NCBI GenBank assembly: GCA_963782055.1
Contig: CAWAIF010000003.1
Span: forward strand, 3,104,001-3,168,000
DNA from: an uncultured delta proteobacterium
GTDB lineage: Bacteria; Myxococcota_A; Polyangia; Polyangiales; Polyangiaceae
Length of the DNA stretch: 64,000 nt
Direction of reading: 5' to 3'
Part shown: one piece after another, positions 40,493 through 49,174 of the stretch
Numbering within the stretch: the first letter of the stretch is position 1
Layout of the letters: each line of letters begins with the position of its first letter
Position numbers and translations under genes: made by a program
The notes under the pieces: model-generated
What the model was told of the DNA's origin: nothing
The model's database searches: none
What the model saw: the letters and a program-made list of their open reading frames with translations, nothing else

Positions 40493-41278
40493 TCAACCTT
40501 GCGGGCCGGGCCGGGGCGGGGGCACCTGGTGCAGGGTGACACCCGACTGGTGGAAGAAGTGGCGGGCGTCCTCGTTGTCGCCGTAAGCGAGCTCCTCCGG
40601 CGTGCCGCGCGCCACGATCTCCCCGCGGATGAGGAGGATGGCCTGGTGGGCGATGCGGAAGCAGCTGGCGATGTCGTGCGAGATGACGATGCTCGTCACG
40701 TTGAAGCGCTCGCGCATCTCCTCGATCATGTCGTCGACCACCCGGCTGGTCAGCGGGTCCAGGCCGCTCGTCGGCTCGTCGTAGACCAGGATGGGGGGCT
40801 CCAGCATGAGCGCGCGGGCGAGCCCCACGCGCTTGCGCATGCCGCCGGAGAGCTGCGCGGGGAACTTGTGGATCACGTCGGCGTCCAGGCCGAGCAGGCG
40901 CAGCTTCTCCACGACGCGCTCGGTGATCTCCTTCTGCTTGAGCTTGGTGTGCTCCACGAGCGGAAAGGAGACGTTCTCCAGCACGGTGCAGGAGTCGAGC
41001 AGCGCGGCGTACTGGTAGACCATCCCGAACTTGCGGCGCACGCGGTTGAGCTCGCGCTCGCCCATGCCGACGATGTTCTCGCCGTCGATGAGGATCTTGC
41101 CCTCGGTGGGCTGCTCCAGCGCGACGATGAGACGCAGCAGGGTGGTCTTGCCGGCGCCCGACCCGCCGATGACGACGGTGGTCTCCGCGCGGCGGGCGAC
41201 CATGTCGATCCCCTTCAGGACGGCGGAGTCGCCGTAGACCTTCTTGACGCCCTCGAGGACGACGATCTCGTCAGTCAT
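40493..41278 (-). CDS. ABC ATPase, MlaF/Mkl family
   Basis: GGSGAGKT, LSGGMRKRVGLARAL, YDEPTSGLDP, ISHD. Confidence 0.88.
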   Translation of the reverse strand: MTDEIVVLEGVKKVYGDSAVLKGIDMVARRAETTVVIGGSGAGKTTLLRLIVALEQPTEGKILIDGENIVGMGERELNRVRRKFGMVYQYAALLDSCTVLENVSFPLVEHTKLKQKEITERVVEKLRLLGLDADVIHKFPAQLSGGMRKRVGLARALMLEPPILVYDEPTSGLDPLTSRVVDDMIEEMRERFNVTSIVISHDIASCFRIAHQAILLIRGEIVARGTPEELAYGDNEDARHFFHQSGVTLHQVPPPRPGPQG

Positions 41279-41343
41279 GGCTTTTCGCGCGCCGCGAAGT
41301 GTGTCACATCCATGCGCCGGATCCAGTCCACAGGCCCGTGCCC

Positions 41344-41625
41344 ATGACACAAGACCACCTCGACGCCATTCTCAAGACCTTTCAGCTCAAGGCCGACAAG
41401 GAGGGTTACTTCGTCCTGCCCGAGGGGACGACGATGACCATCCACGCCGCTCACGGTGGGGCCAGCCTCACGCTCTCGCGCATCGAGGCGGTGCGCGCGG
41501 ACAACGGGCTGGTCTACGCGCGGACGCCCAAGCGCGAGCTCTTCGCCGTCGCGCGGGACGACGTGTTCGCGGTGTCGGTGGACTCGCAGCCGGGGCAGCC
41601 GGCTCGACGGCCCGGCTTCGGGTGA
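41344..41625 (+). CDS. Small hypothetical protein
   Basis: MTQDHLDAILK...RRPGFG; GC3-rich codons; overlaps the next start. Confidence 0.65.
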   Translation: MTQDHLDAILKTFQLKADKEGYFVLPEGTTMTIHAAHGGASLTLSRIEAVRADNGLVYARTPKRELFAVARDDVFAVSVDSQPGQPARRPGFG

Positions 41626-42494
41626 CCCTGGCGCTGCGGCCGCCGTCGCGGCTGCTCGGCGCCGTGGCGCACGGCGCCGGCGCGCTCGCCTGGGACGACC
41701 TGCCGGTCTGCGGGGCGGCGATCGGCGCGCTGGTGGGCGGGCTGCTGCGCGTGCGCAGGGCGCACGTGGAGGCGGCGATGGAACGCGCCGGCGTGGCGGA
41801 CGCATCAGCCGTGGCGGCAGGGATGTACCGGTCGCTCGCCACCGGCCTGCTGGAGCTGCTCTGGGTGATGCGGCGGCCGGAGGAGGCGCGACGCCGGGCG
41901 GTGCTCGGCGACGACACCGCGGCGACGCTGCGGGGCGCCATGCGGGGCGAGAGGGGCTTCGTGCTGGCGGCGTCGCACACCGGCAACTGGGACCTCGCGG
42001 CCTGCGGCCTCGCCTCGCGCGTGCCCTTGCTGGTGGTCACCAAGCGCCTGTCGATGGGCTCGCTGGACGCTCTGTGGCAGAGCTCGCGCGCGCGGATGGG
42101 CGTGCGTCTGACCGGGGCGGCGGGCGCGCTCCGGCGGGGCAGGGCGATGGTGGAGGCCGGCGGCGCGGTCGCGATGATGATCGATCAGGTGCCCGCGCGT
42201 CGCCGCCACGCGGTGCGCGCGGTCTTCCTCGGCGCCCCCGCGTGGGTGGACCGCTCGCCCGCGACGCTCGCCGCGCGCGCGGGGGTGCCGCTCGTCGTCG
42301 GCGCCTCCCGGCGGGACGAGCGCGGCGTGCAGCGGCTGGAGGTGCTGGAGGTGGTCGATCCCCCGCGCGCGGCCGCGGATGCGTGGATCCGGGAGGCGAC
42401 CCTCCGCGCGACCGCCGCGCTCGACGCCTTCGTCCGCGCGCACCCCACCCAGTGGCTGTGGATGCACCGGCGCTGGAAGGACCCGCCCGCGTAG
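41622..42494 (+). CDS. LpxL/HtrB-family (lipid A late) acyltransferase
   Basis: SHTGNWD, MMIDQ, QWLWMHRRWK. Confidence 0.85.
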   Translation: MTLALRPPSRLLGAVAHGAGALAWDDLPVCGAAIGALVGGLLRVRRAHVEAAMERAGVADASAVAAGMYRSLATGLLELLWVMRRPEEARRRAVLGDDTAATLRGAMRGERGFVLAASHTGNWDLAACGLASRVPLLVVTKRLSMGSLDALWQSSRARMGVRLTGAAGALRRGRAMVEAGGAVAMMIDQVPARRRHAVRAVFLGAPAWVDRSPATLAARAGVPLVVGASRRDERGVQRLEVLEVVDPPRAAADAWIREATLRATAALDAFVRAHPTQWLWMHRRWKDPPA

Positions 42495-42531
42495 TCGTCG
42501 CACGGACGTGGGCGTGGCCGGCCCTTCGCCG

Positions 42532-43287
42532 TCAGGGCAGCTTCGCCGGGGTCGGAATGGCCGTCCCGCCGCGCACCGCCCGGGCGATCGCCTTGCTCAG
42601 CCCCTCATCCGCCCGCTGGCACGCGAGCGTCACGTCGCCGGAGATGGCGCCGTGGCACTCGTGGTTGCGCTTGTCGTGGGCCTTCTTGACGCCCGCGTCG
42701 TCCAGCAGCGCGTTCTGCGTGGCGTCGGAGAGGTATCGCCAGGCGATGGCCGACGACTTCGGCGCCGGCGGGCGGTGCATGGTGATCTCGTTCTCCGAGA
42801 GGGTGTAGCAGTTGCCGTCCCAGCGCATCACCTGGTAGCCGCCGCTGCCGCTCACCTGCATCCCGCCGGTGTTGGCGGTGCGCTTGCGGAGCACGAGCAC
42901 CTCCTCGTCGAAGAGGAGCTTGGCCCGCGCAGAGGCGCCGTCGGCGTTCCACCCGTCGACGTTGCCGCGCAGGTAGCCGCGGGTGAAGGGCTGCGACTTG
43001 GCGAAGAGGGCGAGCGCGGCGTCGGGGAAGGAGCCGTTGCACAGGCGCGCCACGAACGCCGCGTCCGGGACGCACACCTCGCCGCCGCCGGGCGCGCACG
43101 CGGTCGGCAGCTGCTTCTCCGGTGCGGCGGCGGCGCTCGCCGACGGCGCGGGACCGGCGGGGGAGGGGGCCGCGGAGGTCGTGGCCGTGGCGGAGGCGGT
43201 CGCCGGTGGGGGGCCGGAGCCGCCGCAAGCGACGAGCACGGTGGCGGCGGCGAGGGCGCTGGTGCGAAGGAGGCTCACCGTCCTCAC
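42532..43287 (-). CDS. Lipoprotein, unknown function
   Basis: LVAC lipobox, Ala/Pro linker, Cys-containing globular domain; GTGA overlap with the ACP gene. Confidence 0.75.
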   Translation of the reverse strand: MRTVSLLRTSALAAATVLVACGGSGPPPATASATATTSAAPSPAGPAPSASAAAAPEKQLPTACAPGGGEVCVPDAAFVARLCNGSFPDAALALFAKSQPFTRGYLRGNVDGWNADGASARAKLLFDEEVLVLRKRTANTGGMQVSGSGGYQVMRWDGNCYTLSENEITMHRPPAPKSSAIAWRYLSDATQNALLDDAGVKKAHDKRNHECHGAISGDVTLACQRADEGLSKAIARAVRGGTAIPTPAKLP

Positions 43288-43532
43288 CCCGCCGGTACGA
43301 GCTTGACCAGCGCCCGGGCCACGTCCTCGACCGTGGCGATGCCCGAGAGCAGGTCCTGGGGGATCTGCACCTCGAAGCGGTCCTCGATGTCGGCCACCAC
43401 CTCCATGACGCCCAGGCTGTCCAGGCCCAGGTCGTTCTGGATGTGATCGGTCGGGACGATCGCGCGCCCCACGTCGACGTGTTGGGTCAGGATGTCCGTC
43501 GTGGCCTGCAGGGCCTCTTCGTACGTCGGCAT
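43284..43532 (-). CDS. Acyl carrier protein (ACP-3)
   Basis: DLGLDSLGVMEVVADIEDRF phosphopantetheine site; TATAAC upstream. Confidence 0.9.
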   Translation of the reverse strand: MPTYEEALQATTDILTQHVDVGRAIVPTDHIQNDLGLDSLGVMEVVADIEDRFEVQIPQDLLSGIATVEDVARALVKLVPAG

Positions 43533-43567
43533 GGGAGCCGGGGTTATACCGCCTTCGGCGTGGTCCG

Positions 43568-44182
43568 TCACCGGGCGGCGAGGGCGGCGGCGGCCCGCGC
43601 GGGCTCGGCGGCGTCGAGGATCGCGCGGATGACCGCGACGGCGTCGGCGCCGGCGTCGAGGCAGGCGCGCGCGGTCGTCTCGTCCACGCCGCCCAGGGCG
43701 ATCAGCACCATGTCGGGCGCGCGGCGGCGCGCCTCCCGCAGCGCGTCCGTCCCGCGCGCGGGGCCCTTGCCCGGCGAGGCGAAGATGGGGCTCACCAGGA
43801 CCGCGTCGGCGCCCGCGGCGCGCGCCGCGTCCACCTCGTCGTCGGTATGCGCGGGGACGCTGAGCCACGCTCCCGCCCCGAGCGTATCGCGTGCAGAATG
43901 CACGGAGTCGAGCGGTACGTGCGCCCCGGTCACGCCGAGCGCCCGCGCGAGGGCGACGCGCCGGTTGACGACCAGGCGCGCCCCGTGGCGCGCGGCGAGA
44001 TCGCGCAGGCGCGTGGCGAGCGGGCGCACCTCGTCGTCGGAGCGCGCGCGATCGCGGAGCTGGACGCACGCCCCGGGCACCGCGCGGCACACGGCCTCGG
44101 CCACCGCCACGATGCGCTCGTCGCTCGCGCGGGGGTCGGTCACGAAGACGAGGGCGGGGGCGTCACCCGCCGTCACGGGCAT
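43568..44182 (-). CDS. thiE: Thiamine phosphate synthase ThiE/TenI family
   Basis: VQLRDR, GAHVP, SPIFASPGK, ALGGV, AVIRAI; could be the TenI paralogue. Confidence 0.75.
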   Translation of the reverse strand: MPVTAGDAPALVFVTDPRASDERIVAVAEAVCRAVPGACVQLRDRARSDDEVRPLATRLRDLAARHGARLVVNRRVALARALGVTGAHVPLDSVHSARDTLGAGAWLSVPAHTDDEVDAARAAGADAVLVSPIFASPGKGPARGTDALREARRRAPDMVLIALGGVDETTARACLDAGADAVAVIRAILDAAEPARAAAALAAR

Positions 44183-44438
44183 CGTCCCAGACGCCGCCGT
44201 CGAGCAGATCGCGCGCGGCCATCGCGTGGCGGCTCGCGGGGTAGCGCTCCAGCAGCACCTCCAGCGTACGCCGCGCGCCCTCGTGATCGCCGTGGGCGTC
44301 CAGGTCGTGCGCCACGCTCCACAGCGCGTCGTCCGCGGTGTCCTCGCGACGCAGCGAGGGGTCCGGGTCGTGCGTGCACTGCATGGGCGCGGCGGCGCCG
44401 AGACCCAGCGCGATGGCCGCGGCGATGGCAAGCCTCAC
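44163..44438 (-). CDS. Small secreted/lipoprotein with a single TPR-like helix pair
   Basis: Signal-like [14 protein letters not shown]...[18 protein letters not shown] overlap with the thiG stop. Confidence 0.6.
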   Translation of the reverse strand: MRLAIAAAIALGLGAAAPMQCTHDPDPSLRREDTADDALWSVAHDLDAHGDHEGARRTLEVLLERYPASRHAMAARDLLDGGVWDDARDGG

Positions 44439-45247
44439 TCGATGAGGCCCTTCTGCGGGCTGGAGGCGTTGGCGTAGCGGCTCTTCGGCATGCGGCCGGC
44501 CCGGAAGGCGGCGCGGCCGGCGCGCACCGCGTCGCGCATCGCCTCCGCCATCAGGACCGGGTCCTTCGCGTGGGCGATGGCGGTGTTCATCAGCACGCCG
44601 TCGCACCCGAGCTCCAGCGCCACCGCCGCGTCGCTCGCGGTGCCGACGCCGGCGTCGACGATGACCGGCACCTTCGCCCGCTCGACGATGATCTCCAGGT
44701 TGTGGGGGTTGCGGATCCCCAGCCCGCTGCCGATGGGGGCGGCGAGCGGCATGACCGCCGCGCACCCCACGTCCTCCAGCTTGCGGCACACGATGGGGTC
44801 GTCGATGCAGTACGGCAGCACGGTGAAGCCCTCCTTCACCAGGACCTTCGCCGCCTCCAGCGTCTGCTCGTTGTCGGGGTAGAGGGTCTCCTTGTCCCCG
44901 ATGACCTCCAGCTTGACCATGCCGGCGATCCCGAGCTCCCGCGCGAGGCGCAGGGTGCGAACCGCCTCGTCGGCGGTGAAGCAGCCGGCGGTGTTGGGCA
45001 GCAGCGTCCACCGGAGCAGCTCCTCCGGCGGCTCCGGCGCGCCGACCATGGCGCGGCGGGTCAGCAGGGACATGAGCGAGCCCTCGCTCTTGTCCTTCAG
45101 GTCGACGCGGCGAAGGGCGACGGTGACGATCTCGGCGCGGGAGGCGTCGATGGCCTGCTCGGTCAGCTCCACGCTCGGGTATTTGCCCGTCCCCACGATG
45201 AGGCGGCTGCCGAAGCGCTTCCCGGCGATGACGAGCGGCTGGTCCAT
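44435..45247 (-). CDS. thiG: Thiazole synthase ThiG
   Basis: [46 protein letters not shown]. Confidence 0.97.
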   Translation of the reverse strand: MDQPLVIAGKRFGSRLIVGTGKYPSVELTEQAIDASRAEIVTVALRRVDLKDKSEGSLMSLLTRRAMVGAPEPPEELLRWTLLPNTAGCFTADEAVRTLRLARELGIAGMVKLEVIGDKETLYPDNEQTLEAAKVLVKEGFTVLPYCIDDPIVCRKLEDVGCAAVMPLAAPIGSGLGIRNPHNLEIIVERAKVPVIVDAGVGTASDAAVALELGCDGVLMNTAIAHAKDPVLMAEAMRDAVRAGRAAFRAGRMPKSRYANASSPQKGLIE

Positions 45248-45293
45248 GTCTGACTGTCTAGCGAGCCGGCGGGACGCGGACAAGGGGCACCCC

Positions 45294-45361
45294 GGGGGGG
45301 ACCGGTCCCCGAAGGACGAGCGCCCGCCACGGAAGCTCCGTGGCGGGCACCTGTCCCCCCC
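45294..45361. repeat. Nested inverted repeat (REP-like/terminator-like hairpin)
   Basis: gcccgccacgga-agc-tccgtggcgggc (12-bp arms, 45322-45348) inside gggggggac/gtccccccc. Confidence 0.65.
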
Positions 45362-45376
45362 TGTTCTGGCGCAGGG

Positions 45377-45495
45377 TCAGTCGCGCTTGGTGGCCCAGAG
45401 CACCGCGTTGTACATGAGCTGCTTGCCCCAGGTCGTGGTGGCCGCGCGGTCGCAGTCGGATGTGATGACCGATCGCGCGAAGTTCGCGCGCCCCG
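45377..45495 (-). pseudogene. Possible C-terminal gene remnant
   Basis: Startless frame ...TTTWGKQLMYNAVLWATKRD* with strongly GC3-biased codons. Confidence 0.35.
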
Positions 45496-46728
45496 TCAGT
45501 CGTCTTCCATCGGGCCGAGGTCCTCGCCCGACAGCACGAAGAAGGCCTCACCGTAGCTCTTGAGCAGCTCCAGCGCGGTGTCCATGTCCTCTTGCGTGTG
45601 GCCGCGGGTCACGTTGACCCGGAGGCGCTCCTCGCCGATCTTCACGCCCGGGTAGGTGATGGGGACCATCAGCACGCCGCACTCCAGCAAGGCCACGTGC
45701 ATGAAGAGGGTCTTGCGCTCGTCGCGGCACATCACCGGCATGATGTGGGTGTTGCTCTCGCCCAGGTCGAAGCCGGCCTCGACGAGCTTGCCGCGCATGT
45801 AGTCCGCCTTCTGGTGCAGCTCGCGCACCAGCGCCGGGCCGTCGTCCTCCAGCATGTCCAGGATGGTGCTGGCGGCGGCCACGATGGGCACCGGGAGCGA
45901 CGCGGAGAAGACGAAGGACCGCGCGGTGTGCTGGATGAACTCCACCACGTCGCCCTGGCCGAGCAGGATGCCGCCGATCCCGCCGAAGGTCTTGGAGAAG
46001 GTGCTGATGACGACGGGCACGCGGCCGTGCAGGCCCTTCGCCTCCAGGATGCCCTTGCCGTGCTCGCCCAGGGTGCCGGTGCCGTGGGCGTCGTCCACCA
46101 CCAGGACGGCGTCGTACTTCTCGCAGATGTCGACGAACTCCTCCAGGTGCGCGGTGTCGCCGTCCAGGGAGTAGACGCCCTCCACCAGCACCAGCGCGTT
46201 CTTGCGCTCGCGCGTCTTGAGGATGCGCTCCAGGCTGCGGGCCGAGTTGTGGTTGAAGAAGCGCACCTCGCTCTGCCGGCCGGGGATGCCCGCGGCGAGG
46301 AAGGTGCCGTCCAGGATGCAAGCGTGGCTGAAGGCGTCGAGCACCAGGGTGGTGTCCTTGTCCGCCAGGCTCATGATGGTGCCGACCATCGCCTGGTAGC
46401 CCGTGGTGAAGACGAGGCACTTGTCGAAGCCGAACCACTTCGCCAGGCGGCGCTCCAGGTCGACGTGCTCGACCGTCGTGGCCTGGACGCGGGAGCTGGA
46501 GAGGCCGCAGGCGTACTTGTCGAGGGCCGCGTGGGCGGCCTCCTTCACGCGCGGGTGGTTCGTCAGGCCCAGGTAGTCGTTGGAAGAGAAGTTGATGATC
46601 TCGTTGCCGGCGATGCTGGTGTGCAGGCCGCCGCGCTCGAACTCGCGGAAGTACGGGTAGACCTGCTTGTCGCGCGCCTTGCGGATGCGCGCGAGCTCCG
46701 CGTGCGCCTTCTCGTCGATCCAGCTCAT
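45496..46728 (-). CDS. PLP-dependent alpha-oxoamine synthase, serine palmitoyltransferase-like
   Basis: FSSNDYLGL, HACILDG, EGVYSLDGD, VDDAHG, STFSKTFGGIGG (PLP Lys in TFSK context). Confidence 0.8.
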   Translation of the reverse strand: MSWIDEKAHAELARIRKARDKQVYPYFREFERGGLHTSIAGNEIINFSSNDYLGLTNHPRVKEAAHAALDKYACGLSSSRVQATTVEHVDLERRLAKWFGFDKCLVFTTGYQAMVGTIMSLADKDTTLVLDAFSHACILDGTFLAAGIPGRQSEVRFFNHNSARSLERILKTRERKNALVLVEGVYSLDGDTAHLEEFVDICEKYDAVLVVDDAHGTGTLGEHGKGILEAKGLHGRVPVVISTFSKTFGGIGGILLGQGDVVEFIQHTARSFVFSASLPVPIVAAASTILDMLEDDGPALVRELHQKADYMRGKLVEAGFDLGESNTHIMPVMCRDERKTLFMHVALLECGVLMVPITYPGVKIGEERLRVNVTRGHTQEDMDTALELLKSYGEAFFVLSGEDLGPMEDD

Positions 46729-46832
46729 GGAAACTCCTCGAACAGGGCGAGGTGTTTACCGCGAATCGCGGCGCGGCGCACCCGCCCTGAGGCGCGTAAC
46801 GGCCACGCCGATGCGTACGCCGCGACGCGCGT

Positions 46833-47963
46833 CTACTCCTCTCCCTTGCGCTTGCGCGGCTCCACGCCGATCGCCCGGCCGAGCTCGCGATGGACCCGAC
46901 CGACGCGCTCCACCTGGCCCTTGGCCGGGAAGCGCTCGTAGAAGCCCTCCGCGCGGAAGCTCCGCGCGTGCTCGCTCCACGGGGCGAGGCGCTTCTCCCA
47001 GCGCTTCTGCCGGCCGTCCACCGGCTCGGCGTCCACGTGGGCGAGGTCGACGCACACGCGGAGCATCGCCTTGATGGTGACGGGGCGGGTGACCATGTAG
47101 TTCGAGTTGCCCCACGCCGGGCCCCACACCTTCTCCGCGGCCTTGAGGAAGTCGCGCACGACGGCGTAGTAGCGCTCCGCCTCGCGCGGGGCGCTGGCCT
47201 TCTTGGCGATGGCCTTCCAGTCGGCGGAGGCCCACTTGTGCAGCTCGTTGAAGAGCTCCGCCTGGAGGATCCACTTCTCCTGCTTGCTGCGCCCGCCGAG
47301 GCGGTTGATCTTGTAGCGCAGCGGGCTGTCCGAGCCGCTGTAGAGCAGGTCCACGAGGCGCGCGGCGAACTTCTTGTCCGGCGCCGCCCACGAGACGCGC
47401 TCGTAGAGGTCCACCAGGTGGCTCTTGTTGATGCGCGTCGGGGTGGAGTTGATGATGACGAACATCTCGGTGGCGAAGTCCTCGCTCTTGCCGTCGAAGA
47501 TGATGCACGGCACGTGGATGGTCTTCGCGTCGTCCGGGCGGTGGCGCATGTAGAAGTTGAGCGCCGCCAGGCGGTGCTGCCCGTCGATGATGAGGTACTT
47601 GCTGCGCGGCTCCTCCAGGTGGCCGACGTTCTCGAACGGGCGCACCGGGTCGAAGCGCAGCTTGTCCGCGGTGAACAGGAGCACGGTGCCCGGGATGGGC
47701 GGCTGGCTCACCGCCGTCTCGTAGAAGTTCTGGATGGCGGCGACCTTCGCCTTGGAGAGCTGCCGCTGGAACGCCTTGTCGGTCTGCTCGATCTTGGCGA
47801 TGAAGTGCGCGACCTCGTCGCCGGCCTCCGCCTCCTCGGCGGCGATCTTCTCGCCGTCGCCGTAGTAGCGGCTGATGAAGCGCACCTTGTCGAGCAGGTC
47901 CTCGGCCGGGTACGCGGCAAAGTAAAAGACGCCGTCTTTCTGACGAACCTGGGTCGCGAGCAT
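46833..47963 (-). CDS. DGQHR-domain (DndB-like) protein
   Basis: FQRQL, IIDGQHRLAAL, FVIINS. Confidence 0.85.
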   Translation of the reverse strand: MLATQVRQKDGVFYFAAYPAEDLLDKVRFISRYYGDGEKIAAEEAEAGDEVAHFIAKIEQTDKAFQRQLSKAKVAAIQNFYETAVSQPPIPGTVLLFTADKLRFDPVRPFENVGHLEEPRSKYLIIDGQHRLAALNFYMRHRPDDAKTIHVPCIIFDGKSEDFATEMFVIINSTPTRINKSHLVDLYERVSWAAPDKKFAARLVDLLYSGSDSPLRYKINRLGGRSKQEKWILQAELFNELHKWASADWKAIAKKASAPREAERYYAVVRDFLKAAEKVWGPAWGNSNYMVTRPVTIKAMLRVCVDLAHVDAEPVDGRQKRWEKRLAPWSEHARSFRAEGFYERFPAKGQVERVGRVHRELGRAIGVEPRKRKGEE

Positions 47964-48016
47964 GACCGGAGCTTATCCGAACTCGCGGCGGTCCAGAAAG
48001 GGAGGCGCGCCCGGGT

Positions 48017-49174
48017 TCAGACGGCGCGCAGCAGCGTCGCCGAGGCGTTGCCGTAGTAGCCCATCGTCGTCACCAGCACGCTGCGGAGGCGGCCGGGGGC
48101 GGCGCCCCGCACCATCGCCGCGGCGGGGATCCCCTGCATCCAGCCAAGGGCGGCGGCCATCGCCATCGCGCCGCCCGCGCCGAGGGACTCCCCCAGGAAC
48201 TGCTTGGGCGCGGCGACCGGGACGTCCTCGCCGAGGACCGCGGTGATCCCGGCGAGTTCCGCGGTGTCGAAGGCGCGCAGCCCGGAGACGCCGCTCGCGA
48301 CGAGGTCCACGTCTCCCGCGCTCGCGCCGGCCTCGTCGAGGCACGCGCGCGCCGCGCGGGTCATGGCGTCGGTCGACGCGTGGATCATCTGCTTGTCGCT
48401 CGCGGGCGCCTCGAAGGCGCTGCCGCACCCCGCCGCCCACGCGAGCACCTTCGCGCCGCGCGCGGCGGCGAGCTCCGCCGTCTCGAGCACGAGCATCGCC
48501 GCGCCCTCGCCCAGGTGCGTGCCCGCCTCCAGCACGCCGATGCGCTGGAAGGCCAGGTAGAGCGCCTCGCTCATCGCCTCCGCGCCGCCGACGACGAGCG
48601 CGTCGGCGCGCCCGTTGGTCATGTGGATGTCGGCGCAGGCCACGGCGTCGAGCGCGCCGCAGTTGCCGTCGGAGACGGCGACGTTGAGGGCGCGCAGGTC
48701 CTCCCAGATACTGGCGTACCCGCTCGCGCTGTTGGCCACCGTGTTCGGGAACTTGGCGGGGTTGATGTATCGCGCGTCCTCCAGCTCGGCCACGCGGTCG
48801 AGCTCGGTGATCGCCTCCAGGCTTCCGTAGGCGTTGGAGGCGATGCAGCCCACGCGCTCCGGCGTGGCCGGCGGGACGAAGACGCCGTCCTTCTTGAGGC
48901 CGGCGTCGTGCGTGGCCAGGCGCGTGGCCACCACCAGCAGCTTGGTCAGGCGGTCGAGCGTGCGCAGGCCCTTGTCGCCCAGGTACCTGGAGGCGTCGAA
49001 GCCGAGGACCTCCGCCACGCCGGTGCCGGTGTACTTGGCCGTGTCGAAGCTCTCCACCGCGGCGCGCGGCGCGTCGCGGAGCATCACCGGCGCGGCGAGG
49101 GCGCGGAAGAACGCCTCCCGGCCGATGCCGATGGGGGAGCAGACGCCGAGCCCGGTGACCGCGAGCGCTCTCAC
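48017..49174 (-). CDS. Catalytically inactive ketosynthase-like protein (chain-length-factor-like)
   Basis: KS fold motifs (TGLGVCSPIG, FPNTVAN, GEGAA), but the Cys position is Asn and both His motifs are lost. Confidence 0.8.
   Translation of the reverse strand: MRALAVTGLGVCSPIGIGREAFFRALAAPVMLRDAPRAAVESFDTAKYTGTGVAEVLGFDASRYLGDKGLRTLDRLTKLLVVATRLATHDAGLKKDGVFVPPATPERVGCIASNAYGSLEAITELDRVAELEDARYINPAKFPNTVANSASGYASIWEDLRALNVAVSDGNCGALDAVACADIHMTNGRADALVVGGAEAMSEALYLAFQRIGVLEAGTHLGEGAAMLVLETAELAAARGAKVLAWAAGCGSAFEAPASDKQMIHASTDAMTRAARACLDEAGASAGDVDLVASGVSGLRAFDTAELAGITAVLGEDVPVAAPKQFLGESLGAGGAMAMAAALGWMQGIPAAAMVRGAAPGRLRSVLVTTMGYYGNASATLLRAV

Noticed and set aside
45248..45376. TPP riboswitch upstream of thiG
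   Set aside because: No CTGAGA or other TPP aptamer consensus visible; only GC-rich palindromes.
46833..47963. DNA phosphorothioation defence system
   Set aside because: Only the DGQHR gene is present; no dndA/C/D/E or ssp genes in the window.
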